A DNA stretch of 64,000 nucleotides. It comes from Octopus sinensis. Its lineage: Eukaryota. The notes beneath the pieces are model-generated. The model saw nothing but the letters and a program-made list of their open reading frames with translations, was not told the DNA's origin and ran no database searches. Both the position numbers and the translations under genes were made by a program. Positions 51,743-64,000 of this stretch are shown here, one piece after another (positions within the stretch are counted from its first letter, which is position 1; the number at the start of each line of letters is the position of its first letter). The DNA lies in the NCBI RefSeq assembly GCF_006345805.1, contig NC_043011.1:30454464-30518463 (forward strand), given 5' to 3'.

Positions 51743-52414
51743 CTTTAGAACATGGTTACGCCTCTGCCTACACTTGCAATAATCTGGTATGATGTGTATC
51801 ATTTCTTTATAAATAGTCCTCCAAAGGTTCAAAATAAGCGAGAATATAAAGTTTTGAAGGCAACTGAAATCAAAGAAAATTAAAAATTTCAAAGGTTTTA
51901 CTAAGACTTACAAATAAATGTATGTTAGAAAACCTTGTCTTTCCAGCTCTCTGCGCTTTGATTTCAATCCCTACCGAGTTCAGCATTGCCTTGCAACCTC
52001 TTGGGGATTGATAAATAAAGTATCACTCCAGTACTGGATTCGATTCCTTTTTTCTTTTTCTTTTTTTCTCTTTAAGAAATCGGCTGCGGCCCGACCTGGT
52101 CCCCACAACTCCATCTGGAATCGAGGTCTTAAGTCAAATCAGGTTAAGTAGTTATAAACATCGATTTCGACTATTTCCAGTTGCGGTACTGCATTCTTTG
52201 AAATTTCTGTCTATAGTAACAATAATAGTTTTTAAAATACATATTTGAATATTTGTATTGTTTTCAGTATGTTTTAAAAATGTTTTGTTATAGTTTAGGA
52301 GGAGAGGTGGGTTGTTTATTTATCACCTTTCATTCAACATGTTCTCTGGTATTTGTAAATGCTTTGATGCGATAATAAACGAATAAAATATAATAAAACA
52401 AAAACAAATATATA

Positions 52415-52615
52415 GATCGAGCTGTTACAGTAGAAAACAATCGATAAGTTACGATACACTTAATCCATATATTAATGTAAAACTTAATCGATAAATTACA
52501 CGAAAAAAAATCAATCACGAGATTTCAGTAACGCCAATCGATAAATAACAGTAACTTGATCAATAAGTTATTGTAAAAGTAATAGGTAGATGACATACAA
52601 GCAATCAATAAATTT
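52415..52615 (+). repeat. Decayed ~23-bp tandem repeat with AATCRATAA core, 9 units
   Basis: Cores at 52415, 52439, 52462, 52486, 52509, 52536, 52558, 52581 and 52603. Confidence 0.75.
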
Positions 52616-52706
52616 AATCAGTGTTGTGATTCTATAGAATTAATATGTAGTGAAAGAGCTGAGGATCAATGTGAAAACACTGTTGTTGTCGTTGTTCTTG
52701 TTGTTA

Positions 52707-52900
52707 AGGTAGCGAATTGGTAGAATCGTTAGCTCACCGAACCAATTTCTTCTCCCTTTCTGTTCTGAGTTCTAATTTCTCCGAGTTTTGACTTTTTTCC
52801 TTCCATCCTTTCGGGGTCGATAAAATAAGTACCAGACTTCAGTGTAATTGACTTACTCCTCCCACTAAATTTCAGGCCTTGTGCCCACAGAAGAAAGGAT
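52707..52900 (+). mobile_element. SINE family A copy
   Basis: ggtagcgaattggtagaatcgttagc...catcctttcggggtcgataaaataagtacc. Confidence 0.85.
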
Positions 52901-53928
52901 TATTATTGTTGTTATTATTAACTACGAAAGCGTATAGTTCTAAAAGCCTAATGTGTGTGCAGATTTGTTTTGCGTTTAGGACTGAAATTCTGTTATCAAC
53001 TTTTAACGACATCAGCCTTACAGAGATGTCATCGTTGTTGTTGTTATGTTGCTCTATATCGACACTGATAAAAGAAAATCCCTATGATCAAAGGTATTAT
53101 AGCAGCAACCAATCTGTCTGTTTTTTCCTTCAAGTATAGTGCACTTCTGACTATATTATTTTATGTGTCTGTTGTTTTTTTTTTATCATGTAAGGTGAGG
53201 TTTGAAGGAGATAGAGACTCTGCGTGCAATGTAATTCTCTTATCAAATGATCTGATTGAAGTGTTCCAATGAGCTTTTAATAGCTTCGCAAATCCGTTGT
53301 ATTAAACAAGTACAATTTTTTGTTGGTTGTTTTCGTTCTTGCTTAGCCCATAGCAAGCCCTGGTCAAAGATATCGTCAAAGACATTCCAACCAAAATCAT
53401 TCCGTCTTATCTCTATATGCAAGAAACTCAAGACTACACTATTTTTTACATGTCTTTCTCCAAGAGGATACGATGCTATTTTGTTACACTTCTTTTATGT
53501 TCAGATTTCATATCATAGTAAAGACAACTTTGTCTTTCATCCTTCCAAGATCGACGGAATAAGGTACCACACAAGTATTGGGTGCAATTTAATCGATTAA
53601 CCCCGTCTGCCAAAATATGTGGCATCTTGTCTTTGTTACAAATTCCTAGTAGCTAATCATCTACCGTTTCTGCTAAGGTACTACGTTATAACTTGTCAAG
53701 AGTGGAAAGCAGGATGATATCGGTAGACTCCAACTTGGAGCCAAAAAAAGGCCTGCGAACCACGATAGATTGGATTTTGCAACTATTGGCAAATAGTATT
53801 GATATATCGAAAAAGACATTTTCCTCACATATTCTTTCTTTCCCAATAAAGTAGGATTATAAGCAAAAAAAAAAAAAAATCGTTATTATTTATTAGCTTT
53901 CAGCACGACAGCCATAAAGCAAGATATA

Positions 53929-54152
53929 TACGACGGGGTGCTGAAAAGTTCCTGGCTTTAAGGGTATGGTAAAAAGCCTAGTTGGCGATCCAACCATCCG
54001 AGTCCTTTTATAGAGCTCCGAAAAACTGAAGGACCACTGCAAGAAATGGGTGTGTATCTGAGAGGGGAATATGTTGAGTAAAATCATAATTAACTAATCC
54101 CCCTGTACTCGCTGCTACCCAAAACCAGGAACTTTTCAGTACTTCCCTCGTA
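53929..54152 (+). mobile_element. Mariner-derived MITE (same family as 50342)
   Basis: ta-cgacggggtgctgaaaagttcctgg / ccaggaacttttcagtacttccctcg-ta. Confidence 0.88.
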
Positions 54153-57100
54153 AGGGCCTGATTTGTCAAATCAGTGTTCCGGTTTCGAACCACAGCTGCA
54201 TCGTAAACGTAAAAGCTTGCGAAGGGAATATTTGAAATCACTATTCTCATTACAGTGTTCAGGTTCGATCACTTATATTTTGATTTCGAATTTCAGTTGG
54301 GCTGATTTTATCTTTCATTCACACCCATCCCTCCGCATCAACGCCTTTATCAACCACCTGTATTGGTACTTCATTTCTGTTAAAAATGGCATTGTGTTTC
54401 CTAAAAATACAAACCAATTTTTTGTTCTGGGGGGTTCAATTGAAAGTATAGAAGGCAATAAAAAAAAAATAAATTCAAACATTGAGAAAAGAAGCAAATA
54501 TTTTTTCTTGTATTTCTGAAGCAATAACAAACTACTGGAAGCGAAAGAGGATTGAAATAATTGTGTTTCACATACACACACATACATGAAAATACATATA
54601 CACTCATACATGTGTGTGTGTGTGTATGTGCGTGTATGTATATACACACGCAAAACGCGCATACGTAGATACATGCATAATAAGTATGAAACAAATAAAC
54701 TGTAGAGGAAAATAAATATAAAGGAGAGAAACCCAAAATACTATATGTAACAAAGATTTTTCTCTCAGAATTTTGTTAATAATGCCTGACACTAATACAT
54801 TTTATGACACATGATTACTAACACACATGGAAAGCATTCGTATAGACATTAGTATGTATGTATGTCTAATTATCTCGTCATGTTGTAAATATTGTAAATA
54901 TTGAAAAACTGTGAGAACTGTTGCGGCAAAAATTCCACGGTGTGTGCACAGCACTTTTCGTCTTTCCTTGGTTGAATTGTAAAATATCTAACTTTGGGGG
55001 CATGATGGTGGATTGTTCGTATACCATCAGTCATATAGTAATTATGCCTATATCCGAAACAACTGTCACGGCGTCTTGTTGGTGATAGTTACTACTATTA
55101 AGTCGCTCCGTACATTAAAAGAACTCAACGAACAAATGGTAATTGTTATTGAGTTCGAGTCTTGCGGACTTGAGTCTCGCTAGAAACTCTAATTGCAGCT
55201 TTGTTACAACTAATTCTAATACCACAGCAGAACGATATTAGAATGAAATCGATAAGATTAAATGAAAAACGTTGTGCTGTTACCTCAAAGTTGTAAATTC
55301 AGTTCACATACCTCCAGGGCGGACTGTCCACTACAAATTTGTGCAAGCACTAACAAAGAACTTCTCTCTGGTTGACCGATCTCAAGTGATAATATTTCTG
55401 TAGAGTGTCTTGCTTTTATTTAAGATAATGTTGTTAACAGCCATATTTCTCTGTTAACGAAGAGTATGTCTGAACTTATACGAGTTCGTTTGTTGATTGC
55501 AACGCCGTCACATTTAACTTTGAAGCAAAACTCCACTAATTATATTTCCTTGAGCAAAAGCTACACAATGATGGAGGAAGGAATATACAATTACTTAAAT
55601 AAATAGCATTTTAAACAATTGCCCATTGTTCTCTTTTGCATTACCTATTGTCTATCCATTTCTTTGCGATAAAATTTTCCTTCCAAATTAAGGAATAACT
55701 TGTAGTTATCTTTTAATTGCCACTGATTGAGCTAGTTGACATCGCTCACTTTCAAAAGAAAAAAAAAACATCCTTTATATTCTAATAAGATATCTCTATA
55801 TGCAGTTTAATGAAAGTCTATAAAAGCTTGAATGGTGTTAGTACCCGGAATGGGAAAAGAGTGAATCCAAGGATCCAGATATCTAACAACGTTAATTCTG
55901 AGGTCACTGCCGTTACTCCTAACAGGAATGAGGATGATTTTTAACATAGTCACAAGGCAACACATTTTAGTGGAGAGTGCAGTCAATTAGCTCAACCTCA
56001 GTAATCAACTGGTATTAATTTATCACACCCTATGGTATCAATTAAAGAGACATTAACTGAATAATATGTGCTAGACATATTATGTGGCGATCAACTAATC
56101 TTGACAACTACAACCCTCCTCTCTTACGAACAATAAGAATTCCGTTGATGATGATGGTGATGATGATGTGGTGATTTAATGAACCAAAAAGTCCAGAGGG
56201 TTGGGTTGCTGCTTTTTATTCTTGTTGCTATTGTTGTTTACGCCAGTTCAGTTCTGATTCAATACATTGATGATCAAAAACATTCCACTCGTGGCACTCT
56301 CGCTGATTATTTTTCAGACAGCGTAATCTAGAAACATATCATCCAATGTCTGATTCCTTTTTAAAGACATTTGGGTCTGTGATGTAAAATAGATTTACTC
56401 TGCATTCCTAGTAGATCTAACGACTACTTAGAGACTCACTCATTAGGTTGCCATTCCGGTTTCTTTTGTGGGATTTAGATTTCAGAGGAATCTTCCCCCA
56501 AGAAACAATGGAATTTACAGCAATGATTAGTAACTGAAGTGACCACTTTAGGTTACAAGCGCGAGTTGGGTTAATAGACATCTTGGGTTGCCCAGAAGTC
56601 AGAATCTCCTTCCTCCATTTTGATCCTGTGGTCTTAAAGAGCTCAGACCAGTACATTTGTCATTAGTTTGACTACATGGCTGATAGAGTTGTGTTGACCC
56701 TTAGATGTTCTACTCCAATTTTCTCTTAATAAGATTGTGAACCTATTTACCCATAGCTTGGGATCTGTAACCTGGAAAGTGACCCATAAAAAGTTTTATC
56801 AATCAGAACCAGTTGTCAAGCGGTTGTCATATTTTGAGGCCACTAACTACAATTTATTATACTGCGGATATGATTGACTATTGCTAATAACATCGTTTAG
56901 AAAAAGTGCCTTGCTCGGACACACAACGAAATACTTACATTAGATATGAGCATTCAGAAGATGACTTAGCTGACAAACAGACGAATTGAGATAGATTTTC
57001 TGTAAAAATATGGCGTTATGGCCTAAACTTTAAACAATCGTTTGATTCTTTTTTATTGTATGAATGTATTTCATCAGTAAGATAATTGGAAATTGTTTTT

Positions 57101-57414
57101 TTCCAAATCACACTTTTTATAGAATATCCCACTTCACCCATCTGTTATCGCAAGTAGTCGTTAGTTATTATTATTTATCTGAAATCAAATCCATTTATAT
57201 ATGTAGAAGTTTCGAGAGTTCAGTTGTGTTTACGTATTGTACGACCTTTATTTTACCCTACCATTCACAACAAAAATAATAATAAAATAAATCAATATCG
57301 TCTGGTCAATCATAATCTACAATCGATACCCTTAGGCTTTCTCCATTATATACATATACATATATATACATACATACATACATACATATTATATATATAT
57401 AATATATATATATA

Positions 57415-57520
<106 letters not shown>

Positions 57521-57750
57521 TACACTCTTCTGCTTATATTCTCCATACAACTACATTTGAGAATCTTTCTAAAGTACGTGAGACATTTTAACAAAATGTA
57601 GGTCTCTGTACCTCCGTGATTCATATCCGTATATTTTTCAACAAAAGTTAACAATGTGAAGATAGCGAGACTAACTGAAATTCAATTATCGTTTAATAAT
57701 GCCATCACCTTCATCTTAGGCACACACATACACGTGTGTGTCTGTGTGTA

Positions 57751-57805
<55 letters not shown>

Positions 57806-58053
57806 CTATAGATATATTATATATATATATATATTATATATATATATTTATATATATGTGTGTGTGTGCGTGTGTGTATGTGTTTATATTCAGTTATTTC
57901 TGTAAATATATTTTTCTTTTTATTTGTTAATATTTCATCGATTACTTCGATCTGTCTAGTCGTAATTTTATATGAATATAGCGCAGCATTTACAAAGCAT
58001 GCGCAGGCGAATATCCCTGACTGTATATATGAATGGATACACAAACTTACGTC

Positions 58054-58090
<37 letters not shown>

Positions 58091-58187
58091 TATATATATA
58101 TATTATATATATATATATATTACATATATATATGTATGTATATATTCATATATATATATTATATATATTATATATATATATATATAT

Positions 58188-58374
58188 AGTTAATCCAAAC
58201 ATGAAAACACAAAGAGAAAACAACAACGCGAGGATGTGGAACAAATATAGTATTATTGGACGCTCAGGAAGGAAGGGAAGAAGGAAGGTTTAACGTTTCG
58301 GGCGAAGCTCTTCGTCAGAAACATAGGAATAGAGAAGATCGAGAGAAGGGAAGACGGAGGAAAAAAAATCGCCA
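58188..58374 (-). mobile_element. Family H3 element with HHR motif at 58288-58322 (canonical CUGACGA)
   Basis: Minus strand: gttt-CTGACGA-A-gagc ttc gccc-GAAACGTT-aaac. Confidence 0.78.
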
Positions 58375-58393
58375 ACATACATACATACATACA

Positions 58394-58424
<31 letters not shown>

Positions 58425-58575
58425 GTGTGTATATGCGTGTGTGTGTGTCTGAGTGTGTGTTTGTGTGTGTGCGTGTGTGTGTGTGTGTGTTGTGTGTGTG
58501 TGTGTGCGTGTGTGTGTGTGCTTGTGAGCGCTCAGGTGATAGTGAAATTTGGGAGATTTCTTGGGAGGTGAAAAA

Positions 58576-58790
58576 GGCGGCGAGCTGGCAGAAACGTTAG
58601 CACACCGGACGAAATGCATAGCGGTATTTCGTCTGCCGTTACGTTCTGAGTTCAAATTCCGCCGAGATGAACTTTACCTTTCATCCTTTCGGGGTCAATA
58701 GATTAAGTACCAGTTACGTACTGGGGTACATCTAATCGACTGGCCCACCTCCCCCAAAATTTCGGGCCTTGTGCCTAGAATAAAAAAGGA
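58576..58790 (+). mobile_element. SINE family A, full length
   Basis: ggcggcgagctggcagaaacgttagc...ggccttgtgcctagaataaaaaagg. Confidence 0.93.
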
Positions 58791-59033
58791 TATCTTGGCG
58801 GTAAAAGTTCACTTAATGAAGATGGACAGTTAAACCTAATCTAAAGAAGTTAACTCATCAGTCACACGACCGGCATGTTAACTGGTAACTAGCCTGCCAA
58901 AGTAGAAGAAATTTACTTGATACGATTTCCTGCAGTGAATTTGTTTCTTTTCAGTTGCAAATTGCTGTTTGTAAACGTGCAAGATTTAATACATAGCCTA
59001 TTAAAATCTTAGCTGATAATTTGTGTGTGTGTG

Positions 59034-59064
<31 letters not shown>

Positions 59065-59475
59065 GACTATGATGATTATGTGTCTGATCTACGCCATCTT
59101 CGACTCTTTAATTCACTGATATTTACGCTTTAGCTGAGGATTATTGAAGACAACACTAATGAGCTTTAAACAATCTTACGGTTTGGTGTTAAATAAAAGT
59201 GAAACAACTAAAGCTTGTTACGTTGATTCTACCACGCAGTTCTATCATAGTTACATATTGCTTACGCCACCACATCCACCGTCGTCACTGCCATAACCTT
59301 CACAGACACAATAGGAGCGTCACTAATTAGAATTGAAACTTGCAGTTTTCCAAATTGAAAATCTGTAACTTAAATGGGTGAACTATTGATGTTTCAGTTT
59401 AGTGAGATTTTTTGTTATGTTCCTGGTGTTCAAGCTATACATACTGTTCAATGCTATACTTTGCTATATATACAA

Positions 59476-59699
59476 GGCGGCGCGCTGGCAGAATCGTTAG
59501 CATACCGGGCGAAATAGAGGTATTTCGTCTGTTTTTACGTTCCGAGTTCATATTCCGCCGAGGTCAACTTTGACTTTCATCCTTCGATAAATTAAGTACC
59601 AGTTGTGTACTGGGATCGATCTAATCGACTGATTCCCTCCCCCAAAATTTCGGGTCTTGGTGCCTAGAGTAGAAAAGATTCTGCCAGCTCGCCGTCTTA
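59476..59699 (+). mobile_element. SINE family A followed by an inverted copy of its ~20-bp head
   Basis: attctgccagctcgccgtct at ~59678-59697. Confidence 0.88.
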
Positions 59700-59984
59700 G
59701 ATTTATAGGAATATTAACGTGTCCCTTAGCAGACTAGAGTCGTGGAACACTACTAAACAGTTCGTTCTCAGTAATAAAACTAAGACAGCTAACTTGTTGG
59801 GAATCATATATCTGTTTGAATTTAGTGCTACAATTACTTGTTAATTTCCCAAATTTACGACTGCAAGCAGTAAAGTATTTCTACTCGCTAAAGTACCGAT
59901 TTCGAGTCTTACGCATTTTCACTCATACAACCATCATCTGTGTGTTTGTGTGTGTGTGTGTGTGCGTGTGTGTGTGCTTCAGTA

Positions 59985-60200
59985 TGGCCTAGTGGTTGGG
60001 GTATTGCAGTTACGATCAAGAGATCGTAATGATGGCTAATATTCTTGGACCGGGTGAATGTTGTGTTCTTGAGCAACACGCATCCACTCAGGCAGCTCTG
60101 CGATCACTTCAATATTTGACGTATGGTACATTGTGCCACACATAAGGATATGGTCGACTCCAAAGAAGGAATGAGCTTATGAGACGCATATCTATTCGAT
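59985..60200 (+). mobile_element. SINE family C-like, diverged
   Basis: tggcctagtggttgggg...gttgtgttcttgagcaa. Confidence 0.6.
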
Positions 60201-60204
60201 CACT

Positions 60205-60590
60205 CTCTTTTACTCTTTTACTTGTTTCAGTCATTTGACTGCGGCCATGCTGGGGCACCACCTTTAGTAGAGCAAATCGACCCCAGGACTTATTCTTTGT
60301 TAGTACTTAATCTATCGGTCTCTTTTGTCGAACCGTTAAGTTACGGGGACGCAAACACACCAGCATCGGTTGCCAATCGATGTTTGGGGGGACAAACACA
60401 GACACACAAACACACACACCACACACACACACACATATATATAATATATATATATATATATATACATATATACGACGGGCTTCTTTCAGTTTCCGTCTAC
60501 CAAATCCACTCACAAGGCTTTGGTCGGTCTGAGGCCATAGTACAAGACACTTGCTCAGGGTGCCACGCAGTGCAACTGAACCAGGAACCA
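60205..60590 (-). mobile_element. SINE family B, slightly 5'-truncated
   Basis: ctcttttactcttttacttgtttcagtcatttgactgcggccatgctgg... Confidence 0.92.
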
Positions 60591-60831
60591 TAAATAATAT
60601 AAACGAATCATTTGCAGAACTTGTTCAGTAAGAAATTTCTGAACCGTCTTTCTCGAACTACGAGAGACTACCATTATTAATATATATAATGTGTATAAAC
60701 GCATATACTCAAACATATACCTACCTACCTACTACCTACCTACCTACCTACCTACCTACCTACCTACCTACCTACCTACCTACCTACTTACCTACCTACT
60801 TACCTACCTACATACCTACCTACATATATAC

Positions 60832-60886
<55 letters not shown>

Positions 60887-61573
60887 GTATATATAGTCAT
60901 AAAATCGCATTTACTCATAAAGCTGCGTTCAATCATAAATGGTACACTGCTGAAAATTTCCTATTTCCTTCCTGCACAGTATTTATATAAAAGAGACTTA
61001 CACCTCTTCCACGCACATATCTACGCTTACACAGATTAGGTCTTAATCCTGTTAGATAGATATCATCCTCCTTAACATTTTACTGCCGCGTTCAATAGAA
61101 ATCAATGCCATTGCTGCCAAATAATGTACATTGTCTGTTCAATGAAATAGATACTGCCTATAGATTATTTTAGTTTGATTCCACCATATTTAGACCATTA
61201 TTCAATGAAATTTGGAGAAGAATGCTTCACTTGAACAAATTTTGTTCACTATTACCTTACTTTTTTTTTCCTGTTTGTTTTATATTTTTTTCTGCTACTC
61301 ACAGTAATGGGTGTAGAGATATGGCATTCTATCTCTTATACCAATAACATTTTGTTTTCAATTTTATATAGAATCAATTTTTCAGTATATGTTTGGCATA
61401 ATCATTTTTTGGTCCTCATTCTCTAGCATTCATGTGACTTTGTGTACAAAAAAAAGAACAAAATATATATTTTGCACAAAACTTACATACACTTACGTAT
61501 ATGCATATTATATGTGTATGTACGTATATATATATGCATATATATGTATATATATGTGTATGTATGTATATAC

Positions 61574-61610
<37 letters not shown>

Positions 61611-61807
61611 CATATATATATATATATACATATATATATATGTACATACATATGAATATAAACGTTTATATGATTTATATATACATAATTCATATATATA
61701 TATATATATATATATATGATTTATCTGATTCCATTTGTACACCTATACACACATACAAACGCATATTTGATATATATATATACATACATATATATATATA
61801 TAAATAG

Positions 61808-61842
<35 letters not shown>

Positions 61843-62111
61843 GTGGGGAGGAGTGCATATCTATGTATATGTGTATGTTGCACATTTGCTTACAACCACT
61901 ACTGAATGGATTTTGAAAATTTCTATTAACACACAACAATGTGCTTTGTCTGTTTCCGTCGAGGGACCTTTCTTGAACGAATTTTCTAATTTACCCTATG
62001 TACACAGTGAATTGTTTAAATACTGTTGTGTTTGTCAAATTCTTTCACTTTAAACATGAATCCCTTGAATTACTTGCGTGGTTGTATAAGCTGATAAATG
62101 TTCATTTCAAA

Positions 62112-62318
62112 TTTTGGCGCAAGGCCAGCAATTTCAAGAGAGGGTGTCAGTCGATTACACCGACCTCCAAGTACTCGACTGATACCCATTTTATTGATCC
62201 TGAAAGGGTGAAAGACAAAAAGCACTATGTTGGAATTTGAACACAGACCTTAAAGACGGACGAAATACTGCTGAACACTTTGCCTAGCGTGCTAGCAGTT
62301 TTGTCAGCTCGCCGCCTT
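62112..62318 (-). mobile_element. SINE family A copy
   Basis: ...gacggacgaaatactgct...gtcagctcgccgcct. Confidence 0.85.
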
Positions 62319-62976
62319 ATACAGCTTATAAATATTGTGTATACGTGTGTGTTTGTGTGTCCATGTATGCATATATATATAATTGTTAGCATGCTTGAAA
62401 AATATTTGCGTACCATTATTTTATCGACCATAAATATTAAAAGTCCTTCAGTATAACCTGTTAAGATGCACCTTTGTTACATAATAAAGAACTTCTCTTT
62501 ATGTATGGATAATCATTCTTCTTTTTTTTCTTTTCAGGATGTCAGCAACTACATATGGTGTCCCTCTATAACCAAACTACACTAAAAACTTGCCGTTCTT
62601 CAACTTTTTCTACAATGACCCAAACCAATTTGTGTATAAAGCAATCAAGAAATCAAACTGCAATAAACCAACCATTCTCCTTGAAATTCCGATCACAATG
62701 GGTTAAAACCAAGTTCACTGGGCAGGACCTAAACTGGACTTGTGTGTTTATATAGAAACACTAATACCACATATATATGTATATATGTAATATATAATAT
62801 ATATAATAAACAATATATATATATAGCTGTAATCTTTGATGTCAAAGAACAATCTGATAGACACCAAAAAAAAAAAAAGATCTTAAAAGAAAAAGAGAAA
62901 GAACTAACATCATTTCGGACAATTGAATTCTTGAACTGATGTTTCGAATTTAACCCGGTGTGTATGTGCATACTTA

Positions 62977-63025
<49 letters not shown>

Positions 63026-64000
63026 ATATGCACATTACTTTAGATACTGGACGAGTAGAAAGAGGCTACAACTGCTATGTTACTTGAATTAAAGACAAGA
63101 AAAACAAACAATGGTGTTTATTAATTAAAACTGGTAGAAACCGGATTCTCAACCAGAACAACAACACAATACATGGATGTACGCATCAACATACTCACAC
63201 CACCATACACAGTCATGTATATTTATAAATATACATATATCCTAATATATATATGGATGTATGTACATACAGTATAGTTGATTTCTAGCCTAGATTATTA
63301 AACCAGGTGGCTTGTGAGGTTTCACTGTATGTATACATTCATCCTCACCTGTTTGTAAATTAATCAATGAAATGTAGACTACAACGAAGAAACAATGATG
63401 ATAAGGCTACCGCGAAGGAAGATGGTGAGAAGGAAGAGGATGAAATATACGATGAAGGTAGAGATGGGAATGGCGAAGTAGATTACGAGAGTGATCACGA
63501 TGAAAGACAATTATAAAAGAAACTTTGATGCTACACACTCACACACACACACACACACACATACATATAAACATATTGTATATAATGTTGCTTGAATTGT
63601 CGGATTTTACATTGAATAGTGATTGATAAAATGAAGAGACAATAAAAACATTCACTATTTGAAAGAACTGCCTCCAGTGGTTTACATTTAAATCTGACCT
63701 AATATTATACCATATCATTCCCAATACAACCAGCATCGCAAATAGCTTCATTAACACTGATATAAAATCAGTTCCCATTTAAACAGACGACAAATGTTTA
63801 GGCAGGGTTGAGTAGTTAAAAAATTCACTTCATACTAAAGTGATGCAGATTTCACACTCAGCGCATGGCTCTTGTTGAAGTGGGTTAAATTTTTTTTTTT
63901 TTTACCCAGAGCCTCAAGGCAACCCAAGGTTTCTGGTAAAATTGGGTTGATAGAAAACGTGTGGAGGCCTATAATAGGGACTGTATCTGATGTGTAATGC

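Noticed and set aside
56570-56830. RTE 3'-end remnant on the minus strand (GQPKM)
   Set aside because: Only one or two weak motifs; too decayed to call.
63367-63516. Short acidic ORF (..DDKATAKEDGEKEEDEIYDE..)
   Set aside because: 49 codons with no splice or homology support; compatible with a decayed GAN repeat.

Overview
AT-rich, microsatellite-dense eukaryotic DNA with no recognisable intact host gene; it is most likely intronic or intergenic. The repeat inventory strongly resembles an octopod cephalopod genome (inference). It includes three or more tRNA-derived SINE families in many copies; decayed LINE fragments (RTE, Tx1/L1-like, CR1/L2-like, R4/Dong); mariner, pogo and hAT remnants and MITEs; several minisatellites; and a 100-N gap. 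Almost all ORFs in the supplied track are microsatellite or repeat artefacts. The most notable signal is a set of short non-coding elements, mostly embedded in (TA)n tracts, that carry minimal type I hammerhead-ribozyme (HHR) motifs and Penelope-like direct/inverted repeat architecture. The best example is a young ~566-nt terminally redundant unit with a canonical HHR at 17072-17134. A second family has a consistent non-canonical core, CUGUNGA. Other oddities are a domain-permuted RTE fragment (RT before endonuclease), self-nesting SINE multimers, and a (TAA)n tract holding three different insertions.
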